Assembly (NCBI GenBank): GCA_905178155.1
Contig: CAJINV010000004.1
Location: 4,133,555 to 4,197,554, forward strand
Direction: 5' to 3'
DNA: 64,000 bases
From: Amoebophrya sp. A120
Lineage: Eukaryota > Protista > Dinoflagellata
Shown in pieces: positions 13,180 through 24,900 of the stretch. Position numbers and translations under genes: made by a program. The notes under the pieces were generated by a model. It saw only the letters and a program-made list of their open reading frames with translations. It had not been told where the DNA came from and searched no databases. Position 1 is the first letter of the stretch; every line of letters starts with the position of its first letter.

Positions 13180-16100
13180 GGGGCGGGGTGGTAGGCACTA
13201 GCGCTACGTGTGTGCTGGCGGGGTGGTAAGAATGGTCGTGGGGCGGCAGGGTAGTAAGCACCTCATGTACGGCGGCCGCGGCATGTTAAGAGCAAATCTC
13301 TGGTGGGGCAGGGTGGCAAGCGCCTCATGTAGGGCGGGGTGGTAAGCAACTCATCTGGGGCGGGGTGGTGCTAAGTGCCTCCTGTGCAACGGGATCGCAA
13401 GCACCTCTTGTGGGGCGGGGTGGTGAGCGCCTCCTGCAGAGCGGGCGGGTGGTCAGCGCCTCCTGTGGGACGGGGTGGTAAGCACCTCTGGTGGGGCGGG
13501 GTGGTAAGCACCTCTGGTGGGGCGGGGTGGTAGTACACAAGTTGGTGGCGGTGGTCGTACACAGGTCACAGCTCGCCCGCCCCCCCACCGCCAGCCCCAC
13601 CCTCCCACCACCGCCCGCCCGCCCCACCCTCGCACCACCGCCCGCCCCACCCACCCACCGCCCCCCGCCCCACGCCGCTCTTGCCCACACCAACGCCGCC
13701 CCGGGCGCGTAGTGTGTGGTGGCGTGCGATGAAAATGATGAAGAACGGCGCTGAGCGTTGGATAGAAACTCCAGTATTTTTCTCGAATCAAGACGCTTTA
13801 GACGTAGTGTAGTTTTTGACATTGCTGCGTCGTAGATGGTTCTTTTTATTCGCACTACTGTAACTGGCGAAGCTGCATCCAGATCGCGCTGTTGCAAGCA
13901 ACCGCCCTTGATATGAGCATGACGAGGGAATGGTGGACGTGAGTGGTGTGAATTGCTGCACCGCATGGAGAAGAGGGAGTAGAATCAATCGCCAGGAAGT
14001 AAATATAGTCTTTTCGTTTTTAGGTCCTCATGGTCTGTTCTTGGCGTGGCTAAGGAGCTGATGTCGTTCGTTTCCCCCTCGAACNCCCACCCACCACCGC
14101 CCGCCCCACCCTCCCACCACCGCCCGCCCCACCCACCGGCCGCGCGCCCCGTTCAAAATGATGAAGAAGGACGCGGAGTGGTCATGTGTCTGACCGGGTG
14201 GTGGGGCCGTGGGCACCCTTGCTAGCTCCGGCACCAATCAGCATGTGGTGGGGCCGCGGGCACTCTTTCTTGCCCGACAACCAATCTGCAGGTGGTAGGG
14301 CCGTGGGCACCCCGTGCCTGCCCGTTCCCTTCGGTCTGCCTGGGTGGTGGGGCCGTGGGCACTCTTTCTGGCACCAATCTGCATGTGGTGGGGCCGTGGA
14401 CACCACGTGGCTGGCGCCCTCGGTCTGAGGTGACATGGTGGTGGGGCCGTGGGCACTCTTTCTGGCTCTGCCACCAATCTGCATGTGGAGGGGCCGTGGG
14501 CACCTCGTGGCGCCCTCGGTCTGCCATGGTGGTGGGGCCGTGGGCACCCTTGCTAGCTCCGGCACCAATGAGCACGTGGTGGGGCCGTGGGCACCCGCAC
14601 TCCTTGGAGCTCTCGGTCTAAAAGGATGGTGGGGCCGTGGGCACTCTTTCTTCCTTGCCCCACCACCAATCTGCAGGTGGTGGGGCCGTGGGCACCCCGT
14701 GGCGCGCTCGGTCTGCCTGGGTGGTGGGGCCGTGGGCACTCTTTCTGACTGGCTCTGCCACCAATCTGCATGTGGTGGGGCCGTGGGCACCCCTTGGCGC
14801 CCTCGGTCTGACCGGGTGGTGGGGCCGTGGGCACCCTTGCTAGCTCCGGCACCAATCAGCACGTGGTGGGGCCGTGGGCACTCTTTCTTGCCCGACAGCC
14901 AATCTGCAGGTGGTAGGGCCGCGCGCACCCCGTGCCTGCCCGTTCCCTTCGGTCTGCCTGGGTGGTGGGGCCGTGGGCACTCTTTCTGGCACCAATCTGC
15001 ATGTGGTGGGGCCGTGGGCACCCCGTTGCTGGCGCCCTCGGTCTGACATGGTGGTGGGGCCGTGGGAACTCTTTCTGGCTCTGCCACCAATCTGCATGTG
15101 GTGGGGCCGTGGGCACCCCGTGGCTGGCGCCCTCGGTCTGACATGGTGGTGGGGCCGTAGGCACTCTTCCACCACTGAGCATCACCACGCACCACCACGC
15201 ACCCCTGCCTCCGGGCTCCGGCTACTGATAAAAATAAAATTGTGAAATTTCGCGGATCATTTCGCAATGAAATGAAAATAAAATTTCGAATTTTCGCGGA
15301 TTTGGGAAGCTGGTCGGGGGGTGGTCGTGCACAAGCTGGTGGGGCGGTGGTACACAAGCTGCCTGGGCGGCGGCTCCCAGTTAGGTGGGGCGGTGGTACG
15401 CGAGCTGGTGGGGCGGTGGTACACAAGCTGCCTGGGCGGCAGATCCCAGGAAGGTGGGGCGGTGGTACACAAGCTGGTGGGGCGGTGGTACACAAGCTCC
15501 GGGTCAGGCTGGTGGGGCGGTGGTGCACGAGCTCAAGCTGGTGGGGAGATGGTACACAAGCTGGTGGGGCGGTGGTGCGAGCTGGTGGGGCGGTGGTACA
15601 AGAGCTGGCGGGGCGGTGGTACACGAGCTGGTGGGGCGGTGGTACACGAGCTGCTGGTGGGGCGGTGGTACACAAGCTGGTGGGGCGGTGGTACACGAGC
15701 TGGTGGGGCGGGCGGTGGTACACAAGCTGGCGGGGCGGTGGTACAGTGCACATTGTGCACTGTGCCACCGCCTCCATGTACCACAGCACGAAACAAAAGC
15801 TTGTGACAAGCTTTTGTTTCGTGCACCACTACCACCACCACTGAGCTGACATCACCACCACCACCACAACCACCACGCACCCCTCCGGGCTCCGGCTAAT
15901 GATAAAAATAAAATGGTGAATCTTCGCGGATTTCGCAAGGAAATAAAAATAAAATTTTGAACTTTCGCCGATTTGGGAAGCTGGGTGGGTGGTTGTGGAC
16001 AAGCTGGTGGGGCGGTGGTACAAAAGCTGGCTAGGCGGCGGCTCCCAGGCGGGTGGGGCGGTGGTATGCGAGCTGGTGGGGCGGTGGTGCACGAGCTCAG

Positions 16101-17705
16101 GCTGGTGGGGCGGTGGTACACGAACTGGTGGGGCGGTGGTACACGAGGCTGGCAGGGGTGGTGGTTGTGGCTTCAGCTGTGATTGTCGCCCGCATCATTC
16201 GGCCAGCCACCACCACCCACAGCTGAAGCTACCACCACCCAGCCACCTCATGCTTGAGAGCGAAGCCACCACCACCCAACCATGGCAGCCAGGAAACACG
16301 GAGGCGCGCTGCAGTGGGTGGTGGTGGCCGAAGTGGGTGGGCGTGGCATCAGCAGTGGGTGGTGGTGGCTTCAGCAGTGGGTGGCGGTGGCTGTGGCTGT
16401 GGCTGGTGATCCACCACCACCCACGAGCAACTGATGAAGCCACCACCACCCAGCCACCTCATGCTTGAGAGCGAAGCCACCACCACTCAACCATGGCAGC
16501 CAGGAAACACGGAGGCTCGCTGCAGTGGGTGGTGGTGGCCGAAGTGGGTGGGCGTGGCATCAGCAGTGGGTGGTGGTGGCTTCAGCAGTCGGTGGCGGTG
16601 GCTGTGGCTGTGGCTGGTGATCCACCACCACCCACGAGCAACTGATGAAGCTACCACCACCCAGCCACCTCATGCTTGAGAGCGAAGCCACCACCACCCA
16701 ACCATGGCAGCCAGGAAACACGGTGGCTCGTTGCAGTGGGTGGTGGTGGCCATCAGAAGTGGGTGGGGGTGGCGTCAGCAGTGGGTGGTGGTGGCTTCAG
16801 CAGTGGGTGGCGGTGGCTGTGGCTGGTCGCTCGTATCATTCGGCCAGCCACCACCACCCACAAGCAACTGATGAAGCCACCGCCACCCAGCCCCGTCATG
16901 CTTGGGAACGAAGCCACCACCACCCAACCACGGCAGGCAGCAGGCAGCAACGACGGTGGCTAAAGTGGTTCTGGTTGGGCGGTGTTTGCTGCAGTTGGTG
17001 GTGGCGGCTGAAGTGGGTGGTGGTGGCTGAAGTGGGTGGCGGTGGCTGAAGTGGGCGGTGGTGGTTGAAGTGGGTGGTAGTGGCTGAAGTGGGTGGCGAT
17101 GGCTGAAGTGGGTGGCGGTGGCTGAAGTGATTGCGGGTCGTCCAGCAAATCACCCATGATGGCCAGCCACCACAACCCACTTACGGCAACCAGCGACCCC
17201 GGACCCTTCAGTTGGTGGTGGTGATGGTCGCTGAAGTGGGTGGTGGTGGCTTCAGCAGTGGGTGGTGGTGGCTTCAGCACCGCCACCTGAGCTTTTGCCC
17301 ACACCCCACCGCCACCCCGATGATCTTGCCCACACCCCACCGCCACTCCGCCCTTTGATGGTTGCCCACACCCCACCGCCACCGCCATTTGCGCACACCC
17401 CTCCGCCCCCGCCATTTGCCCACACCCCACCGCCACCGCCATTTGCTTCAGCATCAGTGCGTGGCGGTGGTTGTTGCAGTTGGCCCACACCCCACCGCCA
17501 CCCGTGGCGGTGGGGTGTGGGCAAATTGCGGTGTCGGTGGGGTGCGGCCAAAGATCAGGTGTGATGTGGCGGTGGGGTGTGGGCAAAGGGCGTTATGATG
17601 TGGCGGTGGGGTGTGGGCAAAGTGCGGTGGCGGTGGGGTGTGGGCAAAGTGCGGTGGCGGTGGGGTGTGGGCAAAGTGCGGTGGCGGTGGGGTGCGGGCA
17701 AAGTG
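13180..17705. repeat. Composite GGTGG/CCACC-rich minisatellite block
   Basis: Sub-arrays: ~26 bp (13180-13540); GTGGTGGGGCCGTGGGCAC at ~40-45 bp period (14190-15170); 23-bp ACACAAGCTGGTGGGGCGGTGGT (15330-15740, 16000-16145); ~211 bp x3 (16220-16900); 21 bp (16990-17130); 27-bp direct then inverted (17290-17705). Confidence 0.88.
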
Positions 17706-18241
17706 NNNNNNNNNNNNNNNNNNNNNNNNNNNNNNNNNNNNNNNNNNNNNNNNNNNNNNNNNNNNNNNNNNNNNNNNNNNNNNNNNNNNNNNNNNNNNNN
17801 NNNNNNNNNNNNNNNNNNNNNNNNNNNNNNNNNNNNNNNNNNNNNNNNNNNNNNNNNNNNNNNNNNNNNNNNNNNNNNNNNNNNNNNNNNNNNNNNNNNN
17901 NNNNNNNNNNNNNNNNNNNNNNNNNNNNNNNNNNNNNNNNNNNNNNNNNNNNNNNNNNNNNNNNNNNNNNNNNNNNNNNNNNNNNNNNNNNNNNNNNNNN
18001 NNNNNNNNNNNNNNNNNNNNNNNNNNNNNNNNNNNNNNNNNNNNNNNNNNNNNNNNNNNNNNNNNNNNNNNNNNNNNNNNNNNNNNNNNNNNNNNNNNNN
18101 NNNNNNNNNNNNNNNNNNNNNNNNNNNNNNNNNNNNNNNNNNNNNNNNNNNNNNNNNNNNNNNNNNNNNNNNNNNNNNNNNNNNNNNNNNNNNNNNNNNN
18201 NNNNNNNNNNNNNNNNNNNNNNNNNNNNNNNNNNNNNNNNN
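17706..18241. other. Assembly gap (N run)
   Basis: Run of n. Confidence 0.99.
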
Positions 18242-18264
18242 CCCATCCACCGCCCGCCCCACCC

Positions 18265-18712
18265 ACCGCCCGCCCCACCCACCCACCACCGCCCGCCCCA
18301 CGCCGCTCTTGCCCACACCAACGCCGCCCCGGGCGCGTAGTGTGTGGTGGCGTGCGATGAAAATGATGAAGAACGGCGCTGAGCGTTGGATAGAAACTCC
18401 AGTATTTTTCTCGAATCAAGACGCTTTAGACGTAGTGTAGTTTTTGACATTGCTGCGTCGTAGATGGTTCTTTTTATTCGCACTACTGTAACTGGCGAAG
18501 CTGCATCCAGATCGCGCTGTTGCAAGCAACCGCCCTTGATATGAGCATGACGAGGGAATGGTGGACGTGAGTGGTGTGAATTGCTGCACCGCATGGAGAA
18601 GAGGGAGTAGAATCAATCGCCAGGAAGTAAATATAGTCTTTTCGTTTTTAGGTCCTCATGGTCTGTTCTTGGCGTGGCTAAGGAGCTGATGTCGTTCGTT
18701 TCCCCCTCGAAC
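18265..18712. repeat. Near-identical copy of 13635-14084
   Basis: Same sequence at offset 4628; the first copy ends at a single n (14085), the second follows the gap. Confidence 0.85.
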
Positions 18713-19123
18713 CGTTGAGACGAGTGGAGTTGCTCTTGTAGGCAGCGCATTTTCAGGACCAACTTGGGGCGTTCTACTCAAGAGCACAGGTTAGAGTTAC
18801 ATACATAAATGAATTTCTTGGGCGATGCACTTGCCTTTATACAAACTCCATGGCGGCTAGAAATTAAAACTATGGATATAATTGTAGACGTTGCAGCCCT
18901 CATCTTCATGATTGACAGAATTAGCGCGAAGTTGTAAGATACTCAGAACACGGTAAAAATAAAGATTATGATGACCACGAACAACGAGAGCACTAGCCTG
19001 CAATATCAAATAAAGATTGTCGCTTCGCATTTTGATTTTTCGTGCAGAATGCATTGTGGCCCCCGCTCGAGCTCATCTGCGAATTGAATTACAGTGAGAC
19101 CTCCACCACGCGCGGACCAGCTT

Positions 19124-20966
19124 ATGGGTTGCGGTGGATCGAAGAAAACCGCCGTAGAGCCGGCGTCTCCGACTACACCAGAGCCTCCGCGACAACCAGA
19201 GGAGCAGCCTGGCAAGCAAATTTCTTCATCCGCCCCCGCGAAGGACCTCGACGTGGGGACGGAGCAACACGATCATGATGTAGCAGCAGCAGCCCAAGAT
19301 GAACTTGCACAGAAAGCGAAAGAAGATGAGGAAGAATTGCAAGCGCGCGCCCGCGCAGCGGCCGCTGAACAAGAAGGACAAAATCAGCCCGAGGGTCATC
19401 AAGCTCAAGGGGAGGTGGAGGTGCAAGTTTTTGAGCTGGAGAACCTGCCAACTGAGAGCGGTACAACTACATCCGCTGACATTTTTTCCAAGAAAAGGGA
19501 GCGAAAGCAGGGTCGAAGAAGAAGGGCCTCGTCATCTGACGGTCCATCTGGACGAGCCGTCGAGGGCGACCAGGACGATTCCGCCGGGTCCGGATCGTCG
19601 GTATCAGACCAGGAACAGCTGGACACGCTGCTCGTCACGCAACAGCGGTCCGGGTCCGAGGCACACGGTAGTTCTCGGGAGGACAGCGAGACGGACGATA
19701 ATTTCATAGCAGGCCAGTTGCCGCTAGAAGGAGAAGGTCCCTCTCCGACAAAGAAGAAGGCTCGGCGAGCGAATCTGGAGCCGGCGTTCCCGGCGCCAAC
19801 GCCAGCCCAGCAGTACGCGTACGAGCGAGTGCCGGACAAGGTCTTTTACAGTCCGGGGAAACTACCGATCCCCGTGCGGGCCGTCGAGACAGAACCCAAA
19901 GACACCCGCGTGAAGGGACAGCAGAATGAAGAAGGTACTAAACTGATGAATCGCGTTCCGAGCATGATCATGATTTTGAAGATCGCGCTCACGATCCGTG
20001 TATGACCATCATGAGCGGTCAAGGGAGTTGTCGTTCTTCTTTTTATCGCGAAGGTAATGGCTCTTCTTTGAACTTGAAGAGAACTTTTGCTCACGATACA
20101 ACTACTGGCCGCCGGGATTACAACGATTAGTACTTTCTTCATCAAGTTTGCCTGCTGCAAATCCAAATGATTCTCGTCAGCAATGGCTTATAGCTCGTAC
20201 GTTTACGTATAGAAAACTGAACTGCGATGTTGGGTATGACATTGTCGCTTTTTCCTTTCTATCAGGCACGATCTCAGTGGAGCAGCTGACTGAGGAGCGG
20301 CTGCAGCTGGCGGAGGAACAGGACAAGGAGGCGGAAAAGGTGGAAGAAAAGCTGGAGTATGATAGTGGACAACACAACATCCCCCTCCCGCTCGTTTGCT
20401 TGATTTTTGCCTCCATCTACTTACAGCAAGAGTAAGAGAAGTTCTAAAATTGACACTCAGCACCAGCTTCTGCAAGACAATTCATGTGTATTGTAAGTAG
20501 TGCTGTTTGTTGTCATCATTAGCTTGTCAACTACTACATCCAAGAAACAGTGTCGCAACAAGGACAAGATAACAATTGACGTTCTTAAAGTAGCATTACA
20601 AACGCCGCCGGGAAGGTCATGATGAGTTTTGTTCACTCGGATAAAGAAACCGTGGAGCACAAGACGCAGATGACGGCGACGGAACTACGAACGTTGCAGG
20701 CCAGCCTGATTGTGGAAGCGCTGAGCCCCAAGCGCAACAACGGATCCGTGCTCAGTCCAAAGCGCCAAAAGGAAATCATCCAGCAAATACTGCATCCGGA
20801 GATGACAGCTGGGACAAATACGGCTGGAGGCGGAGCTGGTGGCAAGGATTCAGCCGAGAAAATAACAGGGGCTGGTGCTGGCGCAGGTAGAGGTACTTCT
20901 AGCGGGGTGTCGTCCACTTCCCCATTGGGTTCTTCATCTTCCCCCCGTGCACCGGCAGCTAAGTAG
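19124..20966 (+). CDS. Hypothetical protein with N-terminal MGCGGSK dual-acylation motif; exons 19124-19934, 20266-20357, about 20649-20966; 406 aa
   Basis: MGCxxSK start; GT-AG intron 19935-20265; second intron is a decayed introner whose removal plus 5 nt keeps frame. Confidence 0.65.
20358..20643. mobile_element. Decayed introner, family G-like
   Basis: TATGATAGTGGACAAC..CCCCTCCCGCTCGTTTG / CAAACG..GGGAAG..GTTCACTCGGATA; DR lost (TGGAG/AAGAA) but +5 removal restores frame. Confidence 0.5.
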
Positions 20967-21979
20967 TTCTTCGCCGAGGTAAGGAACAATTTGGATGCAA
21001 GGCTGGAGACTGCGACTGGAACGAGACTTGTGGTCTGGAGCAGGTTGGACCGGAGTGGTCGTCGACACGGTGGTGCCGCGAGAAGATGAACACAGAAAGG
21101 GCTACAAGAACTTCAACCAGTTGTACCAGTAGTGCTCCATGTTGGCTTTTTGCGTTGCCTTGGTGAGCTCTACGAATATTGTAAACTCTGGTTTCGTCTG
21201 TTACTGTTTCTAACGCCATTGGGTGGAAGCACCAATTCAATGTTTCTAAATTCAACTTCTAGCGTTTAGTGTGGTGCCTAGTGGTGCTTCTCATGAGCGG
21301 TGTGCGCGCTGTCAGCCAATGCCCCGAGACGCTTAATACTGAAAGGAAGTGTTCCTCCCGTTGCACTTGCAGACGCCACTGTACTTAGGCTTGCTCTTGA
21401 ATTACGTCGCTTTTTCACGTCCAGCACCCACAGAAGCGTGGTTTTTGTTTTACTTTCCCGTCAAACGTTGTCGTGTTGACTGCGTTTCTGTTCGTGCAAA
21501 GATCGCAATAAAAATCGTCCTCTAGTATTGTTAATACCGTTCGCTCTTCGTGAAATCTGAGTTCGAAGTTGTTCGTAGTTTCTTGTCTTGGTCTTGCGCG
21601 GCTATGTCGTCTTCGTACCATTTTGTGGCAGCGCGTTGGCTCCTCTGCGTGCAAGTGAACTTTTTTTGTTCATCTACTCGTAAAAAAGTGAACTGCGGCT
21701 ACTCCTACTTCCAGCTGAACTTAGACTTACTATATTCAGCGTCGTCGTTCTTTCAGCGACATGCCTACTTACTACCTATAGTTCGTTCGTCCTGATTTTC
21801 AAAGTTGTGTAATTTAGTCCTCCACCGACAATACAACAAACAGGCTTTAACCTTAAGCTTCTACTTCCCCTGGATGAACTGGCAATAAATTTACGTGTGC
21901 CCCCCTAGTACTATCCGACGTAGAAGTTCCCATAGTTTTGACTCATGCTTTGATCAGGCGTACTGTCTTGTTGAAGTGT

Positions 21980-24900
21980 ATGGAGCTCCACTTCTACCTC
22001 AGCAGCCAGTTTACAAAGTCCATTGGTCGATGTGGTCCTCACGCTGAAGTGCAGCACGACTACCACCTTGAAGCTATGGCTATGACAGCTTCGAAGATGA
22101 AGAAAGAGCTGCGGGGATTTTCGAAGGTGGTCATGGTCAAGCTCCTTCTGATTGCGCATAACCTCTTTCTCCACGAGCACGATATCGAGCTTATTGGTTT
22201 CCGCTACACGACCCTGCTTGGTCCCTGTGTAGTTAATGCACTGAAACTGACCGGGCAGCATCAAGAACACGGTAGCAACTTGCAGCAATGGAAGGAGCGC
22301 AGAGGACGCAGCCACAGTCTCCTGGAGGAGAAAAGAAAGAGTAACAAGGGACGGAACGATCCGCATCCAACTGCGACAACTTCTACAACGAGTCCTCCCG
22401 CCCCTGCACGGCCACTTTTGGGCGGAACAACTACAGACAGAAATCTTCAACGCCCTGCAGCAGCGCGACATACAAAGCATGAGGCGCACCGGAAGGTGGG
22501 TGAGCCCGTCGTTTTTGTCGTTGCGCCGGATGACGGACACCTGGTCAAGGAACTCTCCACCGAAGCAGACTTAGCCCACACTCAGGATCTTGCAGAAATG
22601 AGCAGGCGGGGGCCGTTGAGACCACCGGCAGGTAGTGCTGGAGCAACATCAGCTTCCACTCCGTCAGAAAATGGTGAAGTGGATGCTCAAAATGTCGGAG
22701 TTTCCTCAGCATCACCGTCTCCCACTGCTGGTGCAGAGGAAGTTGTGCTCAACCAGAATGCAGCAGCGTCGAACAACAGTGCAGTTGAGAACAACAAACC
22801 CGCCAGTAGAATAGCAGCAGCTTTTTTGGAACGTAGTAGACATGAAGAAACAGACAGAGCATGGAGGACCACCACCAGCACGACGGTGGAGAGAAACAAG
22901 CAAGAAGAAGCGTCAGCATCATCCTCATCCACCCGGTTGAACCTCGAGCCTCCCGGTGTGGACATGGCGATCCGCGACGACCCACCAAAAATCTGGCAAG
23001 ACACGCTGAAACTCCACAATCTCTACCGCTGCATGCACGACGTGCCTCCTTTGGTGTGGAGCGACGCACTATCAAATGTAAAAATGTCTGGGTCTGGAAG
23101 ATTCTGAGATTTGTCATGCAGTTTTTCCAAGCTCCGCCAAGTCTCGAATGCAGGGCCTAGCACCACAGGTTCTGCAGCCCCTTGGTGATGCCTATTCTGC
23201 ATTTGAAATGTCCCCTCGGCATTAGGGGTTCAAGTAGAAGATCACTAGGGTTTACTCATCGGGGAGATAACCTCGTACAAAATCGGCACCCTTTTTTTTA
23301 CTTTCTTTTACCACTTTCCTAGCGCTATAAGCTCCTGCCGGGGTCTGGTCGAGAAGGCAGACCGAGATCAGCGGATCCGTTTCTTTTTGTTCCTCCAGTG
23401 TGGAGCGGCAGCACCATCGTGGTGCTTTTTTTCCCCGCGACGCGATCACTGGATCCTAGTAGCGCTAGACCCCTTTTCGCAGGCGCTCCTAAAGTGAGCC
23501 TTTTGCCGGTGCTGGCGCACTAAAAAAGAACCTCGAGACGGGGAAAAGCAGAAGCACGAAAGAGAAGACGGAGGCGGGGCACAGAAGAAAAGGGGAGTGG
23601 GGCATTAGGGAAAAAGAAGAGAAAAAAAGACGAGCGGGGGGGAAGGACTAAAGAACAAAAAAAAGAGCTGCAACTGTCTGGGAGTTTGCATGTCGAAGTC
23701 GTTCGGACTAGGTTTATTACCAAAGTGGCGCCAGGGTTGCTAATTTAAAGACTGCGCTAAGGCAGCACCCCCCTTCCCCAAGGGGTCCCCCCGGGGCGGG
23801 CGCGGTGGCGGCTCTGCAAGCGCGGAGCTCCGCGGGCCGATTCTCTGAAAACGCACACAAAAGGGTGCTGGAAGCAGATCGGTAAGAAGTGTCTCAAAGG
23901 GACACGCCGTTGGGTCGTCCGCCATCGTGATAGGATCACCGTGTCTGATCATTAGACCCCCTGTATATTTTTTAGCGCGCAACCGGTCACAGAGGTAAGT
24001 CCTTGAGCAAGTTTGTAAGACTAACCCATCAAGGCAATGCTGGAGCTCCACCTTGCTCGTGGGCTTGGATGGTAAGGCAGGTCAGCCACACATAGCGCCC
24101 ACTGGTTGTAGCCATGCGTAAGCAATCGATAGCGGTTTTGCAGGTGCAGCCGGGTGGTAGTTAGGAAGTGGGCAGCGTCTCCACCTAGGGGCATCGGCAG
24201 AGGCTAAATCTGTTCTAACGCCCAGGTATTGGCAGAGGCTAAATCTGTTCTAACGCCCACCCGCCAGGAGTTAAATGGTACTACTACTACTACTACTATG
24301 GCATGGCTAGACATGGGGACCTTTTGCAAGTCATGCAACACAGATTTTTGTATGATTCGCAACACGCATCACAAGTTCGCATCCACCTTCCAGACCCAGA
24401 CATTTTTACATTTGATACGCACTCGCCCGGTCCGCCGAGAACTACGCCCAGAGCGAGAACTGCCAGACGCTATGAATTGCAAAAGTATCGTACTAGTCTG
24501 AATTGCAATACAAATTTTCTCAGCATGAGAAATAAAATTTGTATTTGCGGATTTAACTTGAGAAAGAAATTTGTAATGCATGAATGGGATTACTACGAGT
24601 GCGATACTTTTGCACAGGATAGACGCAGGACTTGTGCAATTCGGAGCACAGCAACAAGGACGTCTACCGGACGAAAACCCCAAACTTCCCCATCGAGGAA
24701 GACCCGCCACGGGTGTGGACCGCATTTCTCGGGGAGAACCTAGCTTGGGACACCTATCAAGTGTAAAAGTGTCTGGGTCTGGAAGAATGCAACTTGTCAT
24801 GCTAAATCTAAAACATGCAAAAATCTGTGTTGCGTGATTACCAAAAGTCGTTCAGTTTTGACCTAGTCGGCAGGGAGTTTCTCATGCAGGATAGGCATGA

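Noticed and set aside
14190-15170. CRISPR-like pattern: constant GTGGTGGGGCCGTGGGCAC with ~22-27 nt spacers
   Set aside because: Spacers recur and are related, there are no cas genes, and the context is eukaryotic; it is a higher-order minisatellite.
15330-16145. Many GCTGGTGG (Chi) octamers
   Set aside because: By-product of the 23-bp repeat unit; RecBCD is irrelevant in this eukaryote.
13325-18616. Long Pro/Gly/Trp-rich ORFs in all frames
   Set aside because: Translations of GC-rich satellites and N runs.
13635-18712. 450-bp direct repeats as LTRs around the satellite
   Set aside because: Both copies abut assembly breaks (n at 14085 and the gap), with no TG..CA ends, PBS or TSD; likely contig overlap, though not proven.
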